From an uncultured delta proteobacterium (GTDB lineage Bacteria; Desulfobacterota; Syntrophia; Syntrophales; Smithellaceae): a DNA stretch of 64,000 nt. This document shows, one piece after another, positions 20,806 to 29,756 of the stretch. Positions within the stretch are counted from its first letter, which is position 1; each line of letters opens with the position of its first letter. The translations under genes and the position numbers were made by a program. The notes under the pieces were generated by a model. The model was not told the origin of the DNA, made no database searches, and saw only the letters and a list, made by a program, of their open reading frames with translations. Location of the stretch: contig CAVSCG010000013.1 of NCBI GenBank assembly GCA_963726395.1, positions 90,562-154,561 of the forward strand, given 5' to 3'.

Positions 20806-22010
20806 GGATGTCCTCCTGATGTAGTGTATCGATTAAAAGCCCAACCCGTGAAGGATATAGGCCAGCAGTAATGCCGAGGTATGTTCCCTCCACCCAGCCG
20901 ATGATACCGGTAATCACCCCGGAAACTATAACTTCTTTGTTCTTCAGCGCCGAAGCGACCATGGGGACGAGAGGGGGCGAGCAAATTCCCGCAACAGATG
21001 TAATGATGACCGTGTCCGTGTCGATCTTGAATATTTTTGCCAGTGCCACATGCAGTAGGAGGCAGGCGAATATGGTGAAGGTCACATAGACAAGCATGAT
21101 CGGGGCCGTGGACACCAGGCGGTTGAAATCCGCCATGGAGCTTACGACAAGACAGAAGATCAGGATGAAGTAATTGCCCATCTGATAGGTCATCCGGATA
21201 TTCCGAATTGCGGGGATAAACGAAAAAGCGATGCCCAGAGTGGAAATGGCCAGGATCGCCACAACAAAGGCAATGTCTTCATTCCATATAAGAAAGGACA
21301 AGCCGCCCGTTATAAAGATAAGCACCGAAAGCCCAAGGGCGCCCAGGAGCGGAACAAAGGTCTTCTTTTCAAAAAAGCCGGTGTAGGAATCGAAATCCGG
21401 GTCTTTTTCCAGCGATGTGGTTTCGGCCGGTTGAAAGGCAGGTAGAAATTTAAGAAAAATACGCTGTCCAATGGTCATCAGAAAGAGCAGGTACACAGAG
21501 GATACCACCACGTCGGATGTGTGCGCAGCCAGATACAGGGTTTGATCGGTACGCAACGCCGTGGCAATGGCGCCCAAGTTCACCGTTCCGCCGGTGTAAA
21601 CTCCGACGAACATGCCGGCCAGCTTCCAGGTCTCTTGCTCCCACCCAGCCGCGGAAGATGAAAAAACCCAGGGTGGCGACAATCATGATCGCCACGGTCT
21701 GCAGCCCGAAGGAAAGAAGCGATTTTCCCGCGAGCCTGCTCCAGCGGCGGACGTCAATGGAAAAAAACATCAGGGGCAAAGCCAGACTGATGGCAATCAG
21801 CATCAGGGGATTCTGTACGGTGGCCAGAGAAGCGGGGAGGACTCCGATGTTGCCGATAACTATCCCGGCGATATAACAGATAACAACCGCGCCGAGCTTG
21901 TTGCAGAGGGAATTTTTCCTGGCTAAGTAAATGGCGACAACAGGGAAAAAAAGATAAAACATGATGAAAGCAATGATGGCCATAATGTCCCTCCAAATCA
22001 TGAGAGTCAC
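20792..22010 (-). pseudogene. polytopic membrane protein (DUF819-like), interrupted by one frameshift
   Basis: The N-terminal fragment (21450..22010) and C-terminal fragment (20792..21682) are both multi-TM. They join as ...ATLGFFIF / SAAGWEQETWKLAGMFVGVYTGGTVNLGA at about 21645-21665, next to an A6/T6 run. The DUF819 assignment is from memory. Confidence 0.6.
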
Positions 22011-22083
22011 TTAGAGACTAAACAGTCGTCAGCAATACGGGGCCGTCAACAGTTCTTGATCAGTGCCTGGTTTCTCACGAGGA

Positions 22084-22112
22084 AGTATAGGAAATTCGAA
22101 CCGGTATGTCAA
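22084..22112 (-). promoter_or_regulatory. sigma70-like promoter for the minus-strand membrane-protein/aminotransferase unit
   Basis: The minus strand reads TTGACA, 17 nt, TATACT. Confidence 0.5.
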
Positions 22113-22199
22113 AAGAATAATAACCGCTAAATAGGCCGACCTATTGCCTCCTACATAAATATTACCAAGAGAAGCGCATCATTGATATTGCTCTTTTCA

Positions 22200-22228
22200 T
22201 TGACACAGGATCACTTTCTCCTTATACT
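22200..22228 (+). promoter_or_regulatory. sigma70-like promoter for the DUF362/polyferredoxin unit
   Basis: TTGACA (22200-22205), 17 nt, TATACT (22223-22228). Confidence 0.5.
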
Positions 22229-22291
22229 TCTCACCTACCGGCAAATTTCATTTGTCTCTTATTATCAGCGCACCATGAACAGGAGGCGAGC

Positions 22292-23245
22292 ATGACGGAC
22301 ACGCAAAAATTTAACCGGCGGGAAGTGATTTCTAAGGGCTTATCGCTCGGTCTGATCGCGGGCGGCGCGGTTATTCTCGGCAAACCGGATTTTCTCCTGG
22401 CGAAGGAAAAACCTGCCGGCATCCCCGATCTGGTCGCCGTTAAAAACGGTGAACCCGACGCGATGTTCAAAAAAGCCATCGAACTGATGGGCGGCATGAA
22501 TCAGTTTGTCAAAAAAGGCCAGACCGTTGTCGTCAAGCCCAACATTGGTTTTCCGCGTGTTCCGGAAGTCGGAGCCACCACCAATCCACTGCTTATAAAA
22601 ACCATCATTGAATCCTGCTACACGGCGGGCGCCAAACGTGTTTATGTTTTCGACAACGTCGTGACACCCACCTCCGGCAACGCCAGAAATTGTTATAAAC
22701 TGAGCGGCATTGAAGAAGCGGCCAAAGCCGCCCGCGGCATTGTGGTGCCCGTCGATGATTTCAGTTACCGCGAAGTCAAAATCCCCGGTGGGAAAAAACT
22801 CAAAACGGCGGATGTACACAGCCTGATTCTGGATTGCGATGTTTTCATCAACGCGCCGGTGCTCAAGCATCACAGCTCCGCACATTTGTCCATCGCCATG
22901 AAAAATCTGATGGGAATCGTTAAAAACCGAATGGAATACCACCTGACCGGTCTGGATCAGTGTATCGCAGATTTCTGCCTGTATCGCAGACCCGATCTCA
23001 ACGTGGTGGACGCTTACCGCGTACTGATGAGCCACGGACCATCCGGTCCGTCGAACCCCCAGTCCGCCAATGTCCAGATGAAAAAAACCCTGCTTTTGTC
23101 GAAAGACATTGTCGCCATTGACGCTGCAGCCGCCAGGATATTCGGGAAGGAACCGGAAGAGATAGACTACATCAAAATCGCCCATGCACAGAAAACCGGC
23201 AATATGAATTTAAAAGAGTTAAAAATTGTCACGTATGCGATGTAG
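22292..23245 (+). CDS. DUF362 domain protein with twin-arginine (TAT) signal
   Basis: 317 aa. N-terminus NRREVISKGLSLGLIAGGAVILG is TAT-like. GQTVVVKPNIGFP block is typical of DUF362. RBS AGGAGG. Confidence 0.75.
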   Translation: MTDTQKFNRREVISKGLSLGLIAGGAVILGKPDFLLAKEKPAGIPDLVAVKNGEPDAMFKKAIELMGGMNQFVKKGQTVVVKPNIGFPRVPEVGATTNPLLIKTIIESCYTAGAKRVYVFDNVVTPTSGNARNCYKLSGIEEAAKAARGIVVPVDDFSYREVKIPGGKKLKTADVHSLILDCDVFINAPVLKHHSSAHLSIAMKNLMGIVKNRMEYHLTGLDQCIADFCLYRRPDLNVVDAYRVLMSHGPSGPSNPQSANVQMKKTLLLSKDIVAIDAAAARIFGKEPEEIDYIKIAHAQKTGNMNLKELKIVTYAM

Positions 23246-23313
23246 GGAAGGGTTGGAAACCATCCCGCGGGGTGGCAAAACCGTTCCCTACATTAAAATA
23301 AGAGGCGTCATCC

Positions 23314-24846
23314 TTGAATCTGATCAAAATCCGCAAAGTCACATCCGGGATCATTCTTATTTTGTTTATTTTGTTGTTTTTGGGTTCGGAAAAGCTGTCC
23401 GTCAGCCTCTCGAATTTTCTACTCCCTTTTCAATTGATACCGGCCTTGGTGCAAACGGTCACGCAGCCGGAAGCCTTGTTCATCGCCGGTCTGATCTTTA
23501 TAGTGGTGATCACTCTGCTCTTCGGCAGGGTTTACTGTTCTTTCCTGTGCCCGCTTGGCGCACTACAGGATTTGCTGAGTCGCGGGATCACAAAGATTTA
23601 GACGACAGCCCGGGCATTCTTTTTCCAGACCGCTAAACGGCTTGCGCTATTCGCTTCTGGCGTTAACGGTCGCGACGGCATTGATCGGATCCCTATCGCT
23701 GGTCAGTCTGCTTGACCCCACCTCTCTTGCGGGAAGAATTTTCACGCATTTTCTTCAACCACTGCTTGTCTGGACTTACAACCTGGGAATTTTGGTTTTA
23801 AAACCCTTGAATATTTACCTGTATCCGAAGCAGACAGCCTTCGTTCCCCTGTCGGTTTTGGCCGTGACGGTTGTTTTTTTTCTGCTGATTATGTACCTTG
23901 CCGTAACGCGTGGCCGCCTGTACTGTAATACCATTTGTCCGGTGGGAACTTTTTTAGGATTGATATCGCACGTATCCGTTTTCCAATTCACACTGAATCA
24001 AAAGTCCTGCTCCGAATGCGTGCGGTGTGAAAATGTGTGCAAGGCGGGCTGTATTGATCCGCAAACGGCCTCCATCGACATGAGCCGCTGCGTCGGTTGC
24101 TTTAACTGCCTTAACGCCTGTTCCAAAGCCACCATCAGCTATCAGCGAAGGCGGGGTCAAACCCATGTAGATACATGGTCACCGGCTCGCCGGGGTTTTA
24201 TTCTTGGAAGTGTTGCGGCCGCCGCCGGTCTTTTCGCGTTGAATGCAAACATCCGAACGTTTCTGGGCATCCCTGCCGCTAGGCCAATCCGCCCGTCACA
24301 CCTCCTGGCTCCTTGAATACGAAGCACTTTACACAGGCCTGCACGGCCTGTTCTCTGTGCGTCAGCGTCTGCCCGACACAGGTGCTGACGCCGACTTTTA
24401 TGGACTTCGGCGTATCCGGTTTGCTGCAGCCGAAAATGAATTATGAAAAAAGTTTTTGTGAATATGAGTGCAACGTCTGCGGCAAGGTCTGCCCCACCGG
24501 TGCGATCCTTACGCTTCCTCTGGACGAAAAGAAGCTGACGCAGATTGGCGAGGCTGAACTTTTAAAAGATGTTTGCGTTGTTTTTGTCGATCATCAGAAT
24601 TGCGGCGCCTGCGGCGAAGTCTGCCCCACGCACGCCATCCGCTTTGTTGATAAGGAAAATATTCTGTACCCTGAAATCGATAAGCAGTACTGCATCGGAT
24701 GCGGCGCGTGTCAACTCGCCTGTCCGACTGCGCCCCGATCCATTATCGTCCACGCCAATCCGATTCACAAAAAAGCGGAAAAATATATCAATCCGGAAAC
24801 CACGGTAGAGCAAAAGACTCCGCCCGATCAAGATTTCCCTTTTTAG
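23314..24846 (+). pseudogene. membrane-bound polyferredoxin (NapH/MauN-like 4Fe-4S binding protein), interrupted by two frameshifts
   Basis: Three consecutive ORFs (23314..23601, 23642..24316, 24313..24846). They contain GRVYCSFLCPLGALQDL and GRLYCNTICPVGTFLGL membrane CxxCP motifs and four CxxCxxCxxxCP ferredoxin motifs. Frame changes at about 23590 and about 24290. Confidence 0.75.
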
Positions 24847-25586
24847 CCGCTCAATCCCTCAATAAACGCCCAGACGTTTTTGCCCAAAACAGCATGATTG
24901 TAGCCGCCTTCGAGAATGCCGAAACAGCCGCCGGCATTACGGCGGGCCGCTTCCCGGACCCATTGTCCCATATCCGTATAATCCTCGGTCCTCAGCAAGC
25001 CTCCCCAATCCGCCTCATGATTGTCAAAACCGGCCGAGACGGCAATCATATCCGCGTCTGTTTTTATCAGCGCGTTATTGACAGTTTTGAGGTACTCATT
25101 GCGGTCCTGGCTGGCTGGATTGAGAATCGTCACATAACCTTTCCCACCCAGAATATTGATATTGCCATCCCCCACGTGCAGGTCAAAATCCAGAATAAAT
25201 GCTTTTTTGATTTTATCCGCTTTTTTAAGTTTTGTAAGAGCGATGGCCATGTTGTTGAAGTAGCAGAAACCCCAGGCGGTATCGGCGGAGGCGTGATGGC
25301 CGGGCGGCCGGATGACGGCAAAGCAGGGCTCGGAAAGCCCGATCTCGGCGGCCTTGATCGCTCCGCCTGCGGCGAGCGCCGCAATCTCATGAACGCCTTC
25401 GCGCCGGACTTCAGCGATATGCCTTGAGGTATGCACGGCCGCGATATCTTCTTCCGAAGCCGGCTGCGGCTCGACATAATCAACCTTACCCGCGAGAGCA
25501 AATTCTATGGATTCAATTCTGCCGGGATTGGACGCGGGATCATACGAATAGACCTGTTTATACTCCTCGGAATAAACGACCTTCAT
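24843..25586 (-). CDS. histone deacetylase-family (Zn-dependent deacetylase/amidohydrolase) protein
   Basis: RPPGHHA and DFDLHVGDG motifs. Start at MKVVYSEEY, preceded by AAGGAGG. The ORF track extends to 25643. Confidence 0.85.
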   Translation of the reverse strand: MKVVYSEEYKQVYSYDPASNPGRIESIEFALAGKVDYVEPQPASEEDIAAVHTSRHIAEVRREGVHEIAALAAGGAIKAAEIGLSEPCFAVIRPPGHHASADTAWGFCYFNNMAIALTKLKKADKIKKAFILDFDLHVGDGNINILGGKGYVTILNPASQDRNEYLKTVNNALIKTDADMIAVSAGFDNHEADWGGLLRTEDYTDMGQWVREAARRNAGGCFGILEGGYNHAVLGKNVWAFIEGLSG

Positions 25587-25597
25587 ACCATCCTCCT

Positions 25598-26371
25598 TTA
25601 TTTTTCCGGCTTCTGAAAAAATGAAAACCGACTGGTCACCCAAGGCTCTGATTCGCCATCATAAACTTTTTCTATAAATTTTATGCTTTTATTCTTTCCA
25701 ATAAGCAAAATCGTGGATGAGCGTGTGCCGTAAATGGGGCTGGTGATAAACATCGGCGACAAGATCCTCTCCCATTCCAGATTTAAGCCGGTTTGAGGCA
25801 ACTGGCTGTCCGGCGGAACATGGCGGTCCGCCAGCAGGGCAAATAAAGCCTCCTCCAGTTCTTCTCCTTTTTGAGTGAGCGCCGCTTTAAGCAGTTTTTT
25901 GCCCCGCTTTACTTTTGGCCAGGGTGTATCCAGCAGGCGGTTGCTCAAACCGTAAATCCCGGCTGAAAGTTTTCGGGTTTCACCTCGGTTGGAGTAAACG
26001 AACAGATCTTTTAAATCACCCAGCAGAAAGTTAAAGCCGTTATAAGCGTGTGCTTTTTTGGATACACTTTTGAGATATTTTTCCGGATTGCCAGCTCCTG
26101 TCAGATACCGGCTGACCAGTTTGCCGCGGGACGGCGCTTCAGCTTTCCAGGAGGCCGGATCCCGGTAATTCGTAATGGCCGCGAATTTTCCCTCTTTGGT
26201 TACACCCAGCCATGTGCCTTTTGCTTTCAAATCAAGTCCCGCTAGAACCTGGGGATGTTTGATCCAGAAATCAGCAGGAGTAGATGGCCTATCATAAAAT
26301 TCGTCACGGTTGGCCGCCAGAATCAGACGGTATGAAGGATGAATATTGTATGCAAAAAGGATCAGACACAT
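25598..26371 (-). CDS. NRDE family protein (TANGO2/DUF833 homolog)
   Basis: 257 aa starting MCLILFAY and containing the AANRDEFYDRP motif. Confidence 0.85.
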   Translation of the reverse strand: MCLILFAYNIHPSYRLILAANRDEFYDRPSTPADFWIKHPQVLAGLDLKAKGTWLGVTKEGKFAAITNYRDPASWKAEAPSRGKLVSRYLTGAGNPEKYLKSVSKKAHAYNGFNFLLGDLKDLFVYSNRGETRKLSAGIYGLSNRLLDTPWPKVKRGKKLLKAALTQKGEELEEALFALLADRHVPPDSQLPQTGLNLEWERILSPMFITSPIYGTRSSTILLIGKNKSIKFIEKVYDGESEPWVTSRFSFFQKPEK

Positions 26372-26380
26372 GAAAACTCC

Positions 26381-26474
26381 ATAGGTTCAAGGGTCAAGGT
26401 TCAAGGCTAAAGGTGACTGTTTGCTATATCCTGCCTTTGTCCTTTGAGCCTTTAACCTTTATCCTTTATCCTAT
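26381..26474. repeat. imperfect inverted repeat built from heptad-periodic NNNAAGG / CCTTTNN units
   Basis: Left arm ATAGG TTCAAGG GTCAAGG TTCAAGG CTAAAGG. Right arm CCTTTGT CCTTTGAG CCTTTAA CCTTTAT CCTTTAT CCTAT. It fills the Sir2-NRDE intergenic space. Confidence 0.8.
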
Positions 26475-26486
26475 TTAGTATTTTCG

Positions 26487-27221
26487 TCATCGTCTCGCCC
26501 GCCGAGCGTCAATGCGCACATCGGCATGATGATCCTGTTCGGTCGGGCCTTTGTTGATGATCACCAGATCCGCGCCCGCCTGCTTGGCCTGAACAGGAAC
26601 GTAGGCCGCCGGATAAACAACCAGTGAAGAACCGATCACCATCATCAGGTCGCACTCCTCGGCTTCCCGCATGGCCTGAGCCAGCGTCTGCTGCGGCAGC
26701 GCTTCGCCAAAGAAAATGACGTCGGGCTTGAGAATGCCCCGGCAGTACTCGCAAGTCGGAACATTGTCGGAATCGGCATATTTTTCCTTGACCATGGCAA
26801 TGGGATAACGTTCGCGGCAGTTCAGGCACACCAGTATTTGCATGTTGCCGTGCAGTTCGCGAATGAGCGCGGGGTTGCTGCCCGCCTTCTGGTGCAGATT
26901 ATCCACATTCTGCGTAACCAGCGCACTGAGTTTGCCCATCTTTTCCAGATCAACAATGGCATAATGTGCCGCGTTAGGCATTGCGTCTTCCATCAGGCCA
27001 CCTTCGCGCAACCGCTGCCACATTTTTTTGCGCGTCGCGTGGGATCCCAAAAATTTATCGATGGTGAAATCGTCGGGATCATATTTTGTCCAAAGTCCGC
27101 CGGGACCGCGGAAATCAGGAATGCCGGATTCCGTGCTGATACCCGCGCCGGTAAAGACGACAACCTTTTTTGCTTTCGCGATCATGTCGGCTACTTGATT
27201 GATTTTTTCATCCATAGACAT
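26487..27221 (-). CDS. cobB: NAD-dependent protein deacylase (Sir2/CobB family)
   Basis: 244 aa with GAGISTESGIPDFRG, QNVDNLH, and Zn ribbon CLNC...CEYC. Confidence 0.9.
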   Translation of the reverse strand: MSMDEKINQVADMIAKAKKVVVFTGAGISTESGIPDFRGPGGLWTKYDPDDFTIDKFLGSHATRKKMWQRLREGGLMEDAMPNAAHYAIVDLEKMGKLSALVTQNVDNLHQKAGSNPALIRELHGNMQILVCLNCRERYPIAMVKEKYADSDNVPTCEYCRGILKPDVIFFGEALPQQTLAQAMREAEECDLMMVIGSSLVVYPAAYVPVQAKQAGADLVIINKGPTEQDHHADVRIDARRARR

Positions 27222-27367
27222 TGAACGCTCCTTTTGTTTGAACGTTTAATATGATGATTAAAATACACGAACTTCTTCAAAAATCAAAAAGAAAAATCAA
27301 CGTTGCCGGCGCCCGCTTGCCTTCAATCAACCGAACAATTTTTTTGCCGTGTTCTCCATCGCCTCTT

Positions 27368-28102
27368 TCAACCTTGCGCCGTCACCCGCCGTAACCAGAT
27401 CCGAATATTCCGGACAACCCGTTCGTAGGTCCGAAGCACATTTTCCATATCGGGATTTCCGGCGATAATGTCGGCGTAGAGTTCGGGCGTTTCGGTGAAT
27501 ATTTTTTCAACAATATCCATTTTGGTTTTAAAGATCGGTGTGGAAAATTGATTAACCTCCACAAGCGGGATTCCGGTTTCGGCAATCGCCATGCCCAGCG
27601 CGACGGTATTGAGATGGTTGAGTGTCTGCACAATCGACATCATCCGATCATGCTCGTCGGGCGTTCTTTCCAAAACAGAATAACCGGTTTTTTCAAAGAA
27701 GGTCTTGATATAAGCATACCAGGCATCACCCCGGCCCCGGCATAAAACAATAGGATGACCCGCAGGCTCCGTGATGGACGGACCGAACAGCGGGTGGCAA
27801 CCGACCACATCCGCTTCGGAATGCTTAAGCATCAGCGCCACCGGCCCTTTTTTCAGCGAGGTTAAATCCATCAGTAACTGGCCTTGTTTCATCAGCGGGC
27901 CGACCTCCCCAATGACACCGGCAGTCGCCGCAATCGGAACGGATACGACAATCACATCACAGATATTAGCCACATCCTTGGACGTCATTTTCGTCTTCCT
28001 GCCCGTCACATGCACATGGCAGCCTTGCACTTTCAGCAGATCAGCCAGCCAGCGCCCCATGCCGTTTGTGCCGCCGATAATGCCCACGGTAATATTTTTC
28101 AT
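27368..28102 (-). CDS. tyrA: prephenate dehydrogenase
   Basis: 244 aa with GIIGGTNGMGRW Rossmann motif and HPLFGP. ATGA overlap with the aroC stop. Last gene of the aromatic operon. Confidence 0.8.
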   Translation of the reverse strand: MKNITVGIIGGTNGMGRWLADLLKVQGCHVHVTGRKTKMTSKDVANICDVIVVSVPIAATAGVIGEVGPLMKQGQLLMDLTSLKKGPVALMLKHSEADVVGCHPLFGPSITEPAGHPIVLCRGRGDAWYAYIKTFFEKTGYSVLERTPDEHDRMMSIVQTLNHLNTVALGMAIAETGIPLVEVNQFSTPIFKTKMDIVEKIFTETPELYADIIAGNPDMENVLRTYERVVRNIRIWLRRVTAQG

Positions 28103-29175
28103 CCGGAGCCCGCCTTATGTCTGAGCCAGTGGTCGGCCAGCGTAAGACACACCATGGCTTCACACACCGGCACAATCCGTGGAATAACGCAGATATCATG
28201 CCGTCCCTGAATTTCAATTGAATGACTTTGACCGTCAATGCCAATCGTCTGCTGCGGCAGGGCAATCGACGGAATCGGCTTGCAGTAAACCCGGACAATA
28301 ATATCCTGTCCGGTGGTAATGCCGGCCAGGATGCCACCGGCGGAATTTTTAGTAAAACCTTGCGCATCCATCGGGTCATTGACCTGTGAGCCTTTTTTTG
28401 CAGCCACTGCGCAACCGTCGCCTATTTCCACCGCCTTCACCGTTCCAATACTCATCAAAGCGGCCGCCAGATCCGCATCCATCTTGTCAAACACCGGCTC
28501 TCCCAAACCCGCAGGACACCCCCGTACAATAATTTCCACCACGCCACCCAATGTATCCCCTTCCCTGCGGACGGCAGCAATCTTCTCTTCCATCGCAGCA
28601 GCCGCTCGATGGTCAGGACAATACAGGGGATTCTGACGCACTTTTGCCTTCAAGTCCGGGGCCAGCATCAAGCCTGTGGTATTGCTCTCAATCCCGCCGA
28701 TGCTTTTCGTATAGGCAATCACATCTATTCCGTCAGCGGCAATCAATTTTTGGGCGACGGCTCCCGCGGCGACGCGGGCAACCGTTTCCCGGCCTGAAGT
28801 ACGTCCCCCGCCGCGCCAGTCGCGGATACCATATTTTTTAAAGTAGGTATAATCCCCATGCCCGGGGCGGAAAACATCTTTCAGGTCATTATAGCTCGAC
28901 GATTGTGCGTCGGCATTGCGGATGAGAAGCGATATCGGCGTGCCCGTCGTTTTGCCTTCAAAGACACCGGACAAAATTTCCACTTTATCTTTCTCGCCGC
29001 GCGAGGTTGAGGCCGTGCCATGGAATGGCTTTCGACGATCCAGTGCCTGTTGAATATCGTCCTCAGCCAGATCGAGGCCTGCCGGGCAGCCGTCAATCAC
29101 CGCGCCCAGCGCCGCGCCATGCGACTCCCCCCATGTGGTCACGCGAAACACGAAACCTGAAGTATTTCCCGCCAT
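28099..29175 (-). CDS. aroC: chorismate synthase
   Basis: 358 aa: FRVTTWGESHG...GGGRTSGRET...IQGRHD. Confidence 0.95.
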   Translation of the reverse strand: MAGNTSGFVFRVTTWGESHGAALGAVIDGCPAGLDLAEDDIQQALDRRKPFHGTASTSRGEKDKVEILSGVFEGKTTGTPISLLIRNADAQSSSYNDLKDVFRPGHGDYTYFKKYGIRDWRGGGRTSGRETVARVAAGAVAQKLIAADGIDVIAYTKSIGGIESNTTGLMLAPDLKAKVRQNPLYCPDHRAAAAMEEKIAAVRREGDTLGGVVEIIVRGCPAGLGEPVFDKMDADLAAALMSIGTVKAVEIGDGCAVAAKKGSQVNDPMDAQGFTKNSAGGILAGITTGQDIIVRVYCKPIPSIALPQQTIGIDGQSHSIEIQGRHDICVIPRIVPVCEAMVCLTLADHWLRHKAGSG

Positions 29176-29186
29176 ACGCTCTCCCG

Positions 29187-29756
29187 CTAAGAATTATTTT
29201 TTAACATTTTTTTCAATTTGTTTATTTCGGATACGATGCCTGCTTCCAGCAGGTACTGATAGATGTCGTCGGTTACCCGTACAACACTTTTATCTTGTGT
29301 GTCCACCGTAAAATCGGCGGCCGATTCGTATAAAGGAATACGTTCATTCAACACGGCAATCGTTTCCGCCACAAGATTTTCGGATGTCAATTGCGGGCGG
29401 CTTTGATCATCCCGAGCATCTCGTTTCAGCCGCTCGATAATATCAGGCAAAGGCGTTTTCAAATAGATCAGGGTGCCCCTATTTTTTAGCAGATCCCTGT
29501 TTGCGCAGGACAATATGGCTCCGCCGCCGGTAGCAACAACACAGGTATTCACATCGCGAAGCGACGCAATCGCTTCTGTTTCTTTTTCGCGGAATTTCTC
29601 CCATCCTTCGAGCGCGACCAGTTCTTTAATCGACATGCCCGCCGCTTCCTCGATTAACTGATCGGTATCCACAAAAGAAACTTGAAGTCTTTTGGACAGA
29701 AGCAAACCGACCGTGGACTTTCCGGACGCGCGGTAGCCGATTAGGATAACGTTCAT
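29187..29756 (-). CDS. aroK: shikimate kinase
   Basis: P-loop GYRASGKSTVG. Start MNVILIGY forms an ATGA overlap with the aroA stop. The ORF track extends to 29804. Confidence 0.9.
   Translation of the reverse strand: MNVILIGYRASGKSTVGLLLSKRLQVSFVDTDQLIEEAAGMSIKELVALEGWEKFREKETEAIASLRDVNTCVVATGGGAILSCANRDLLKNRGTLIYLKTPLPDIIERLKRDARDDQSRPQLTSENLVAETIAVLNERIPLYESAADFTVDTQDKSVVRVTDDIYQYLLEAGIVSEINKLKKMLKNNS

Noticed and set aside
22085-22115. GGTTCGAAT (tRNA T-loop-like) on the minus strand
   Set aside because: The flanking bases (ACCGG / TTCCT) cannot form a T-stem, and no acceptor or anticodon arms are present. The sequence is the spacer of a TTGACA-N17-TATACT promoter.
26381-26474. Possible CRISPR or tandem-repeat array
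   Set aside because: The repeat units are only 7 nt, there are no unique spacers, and the two halves are inverted copies of each other. It is reported instead as a structured inverted repeat.
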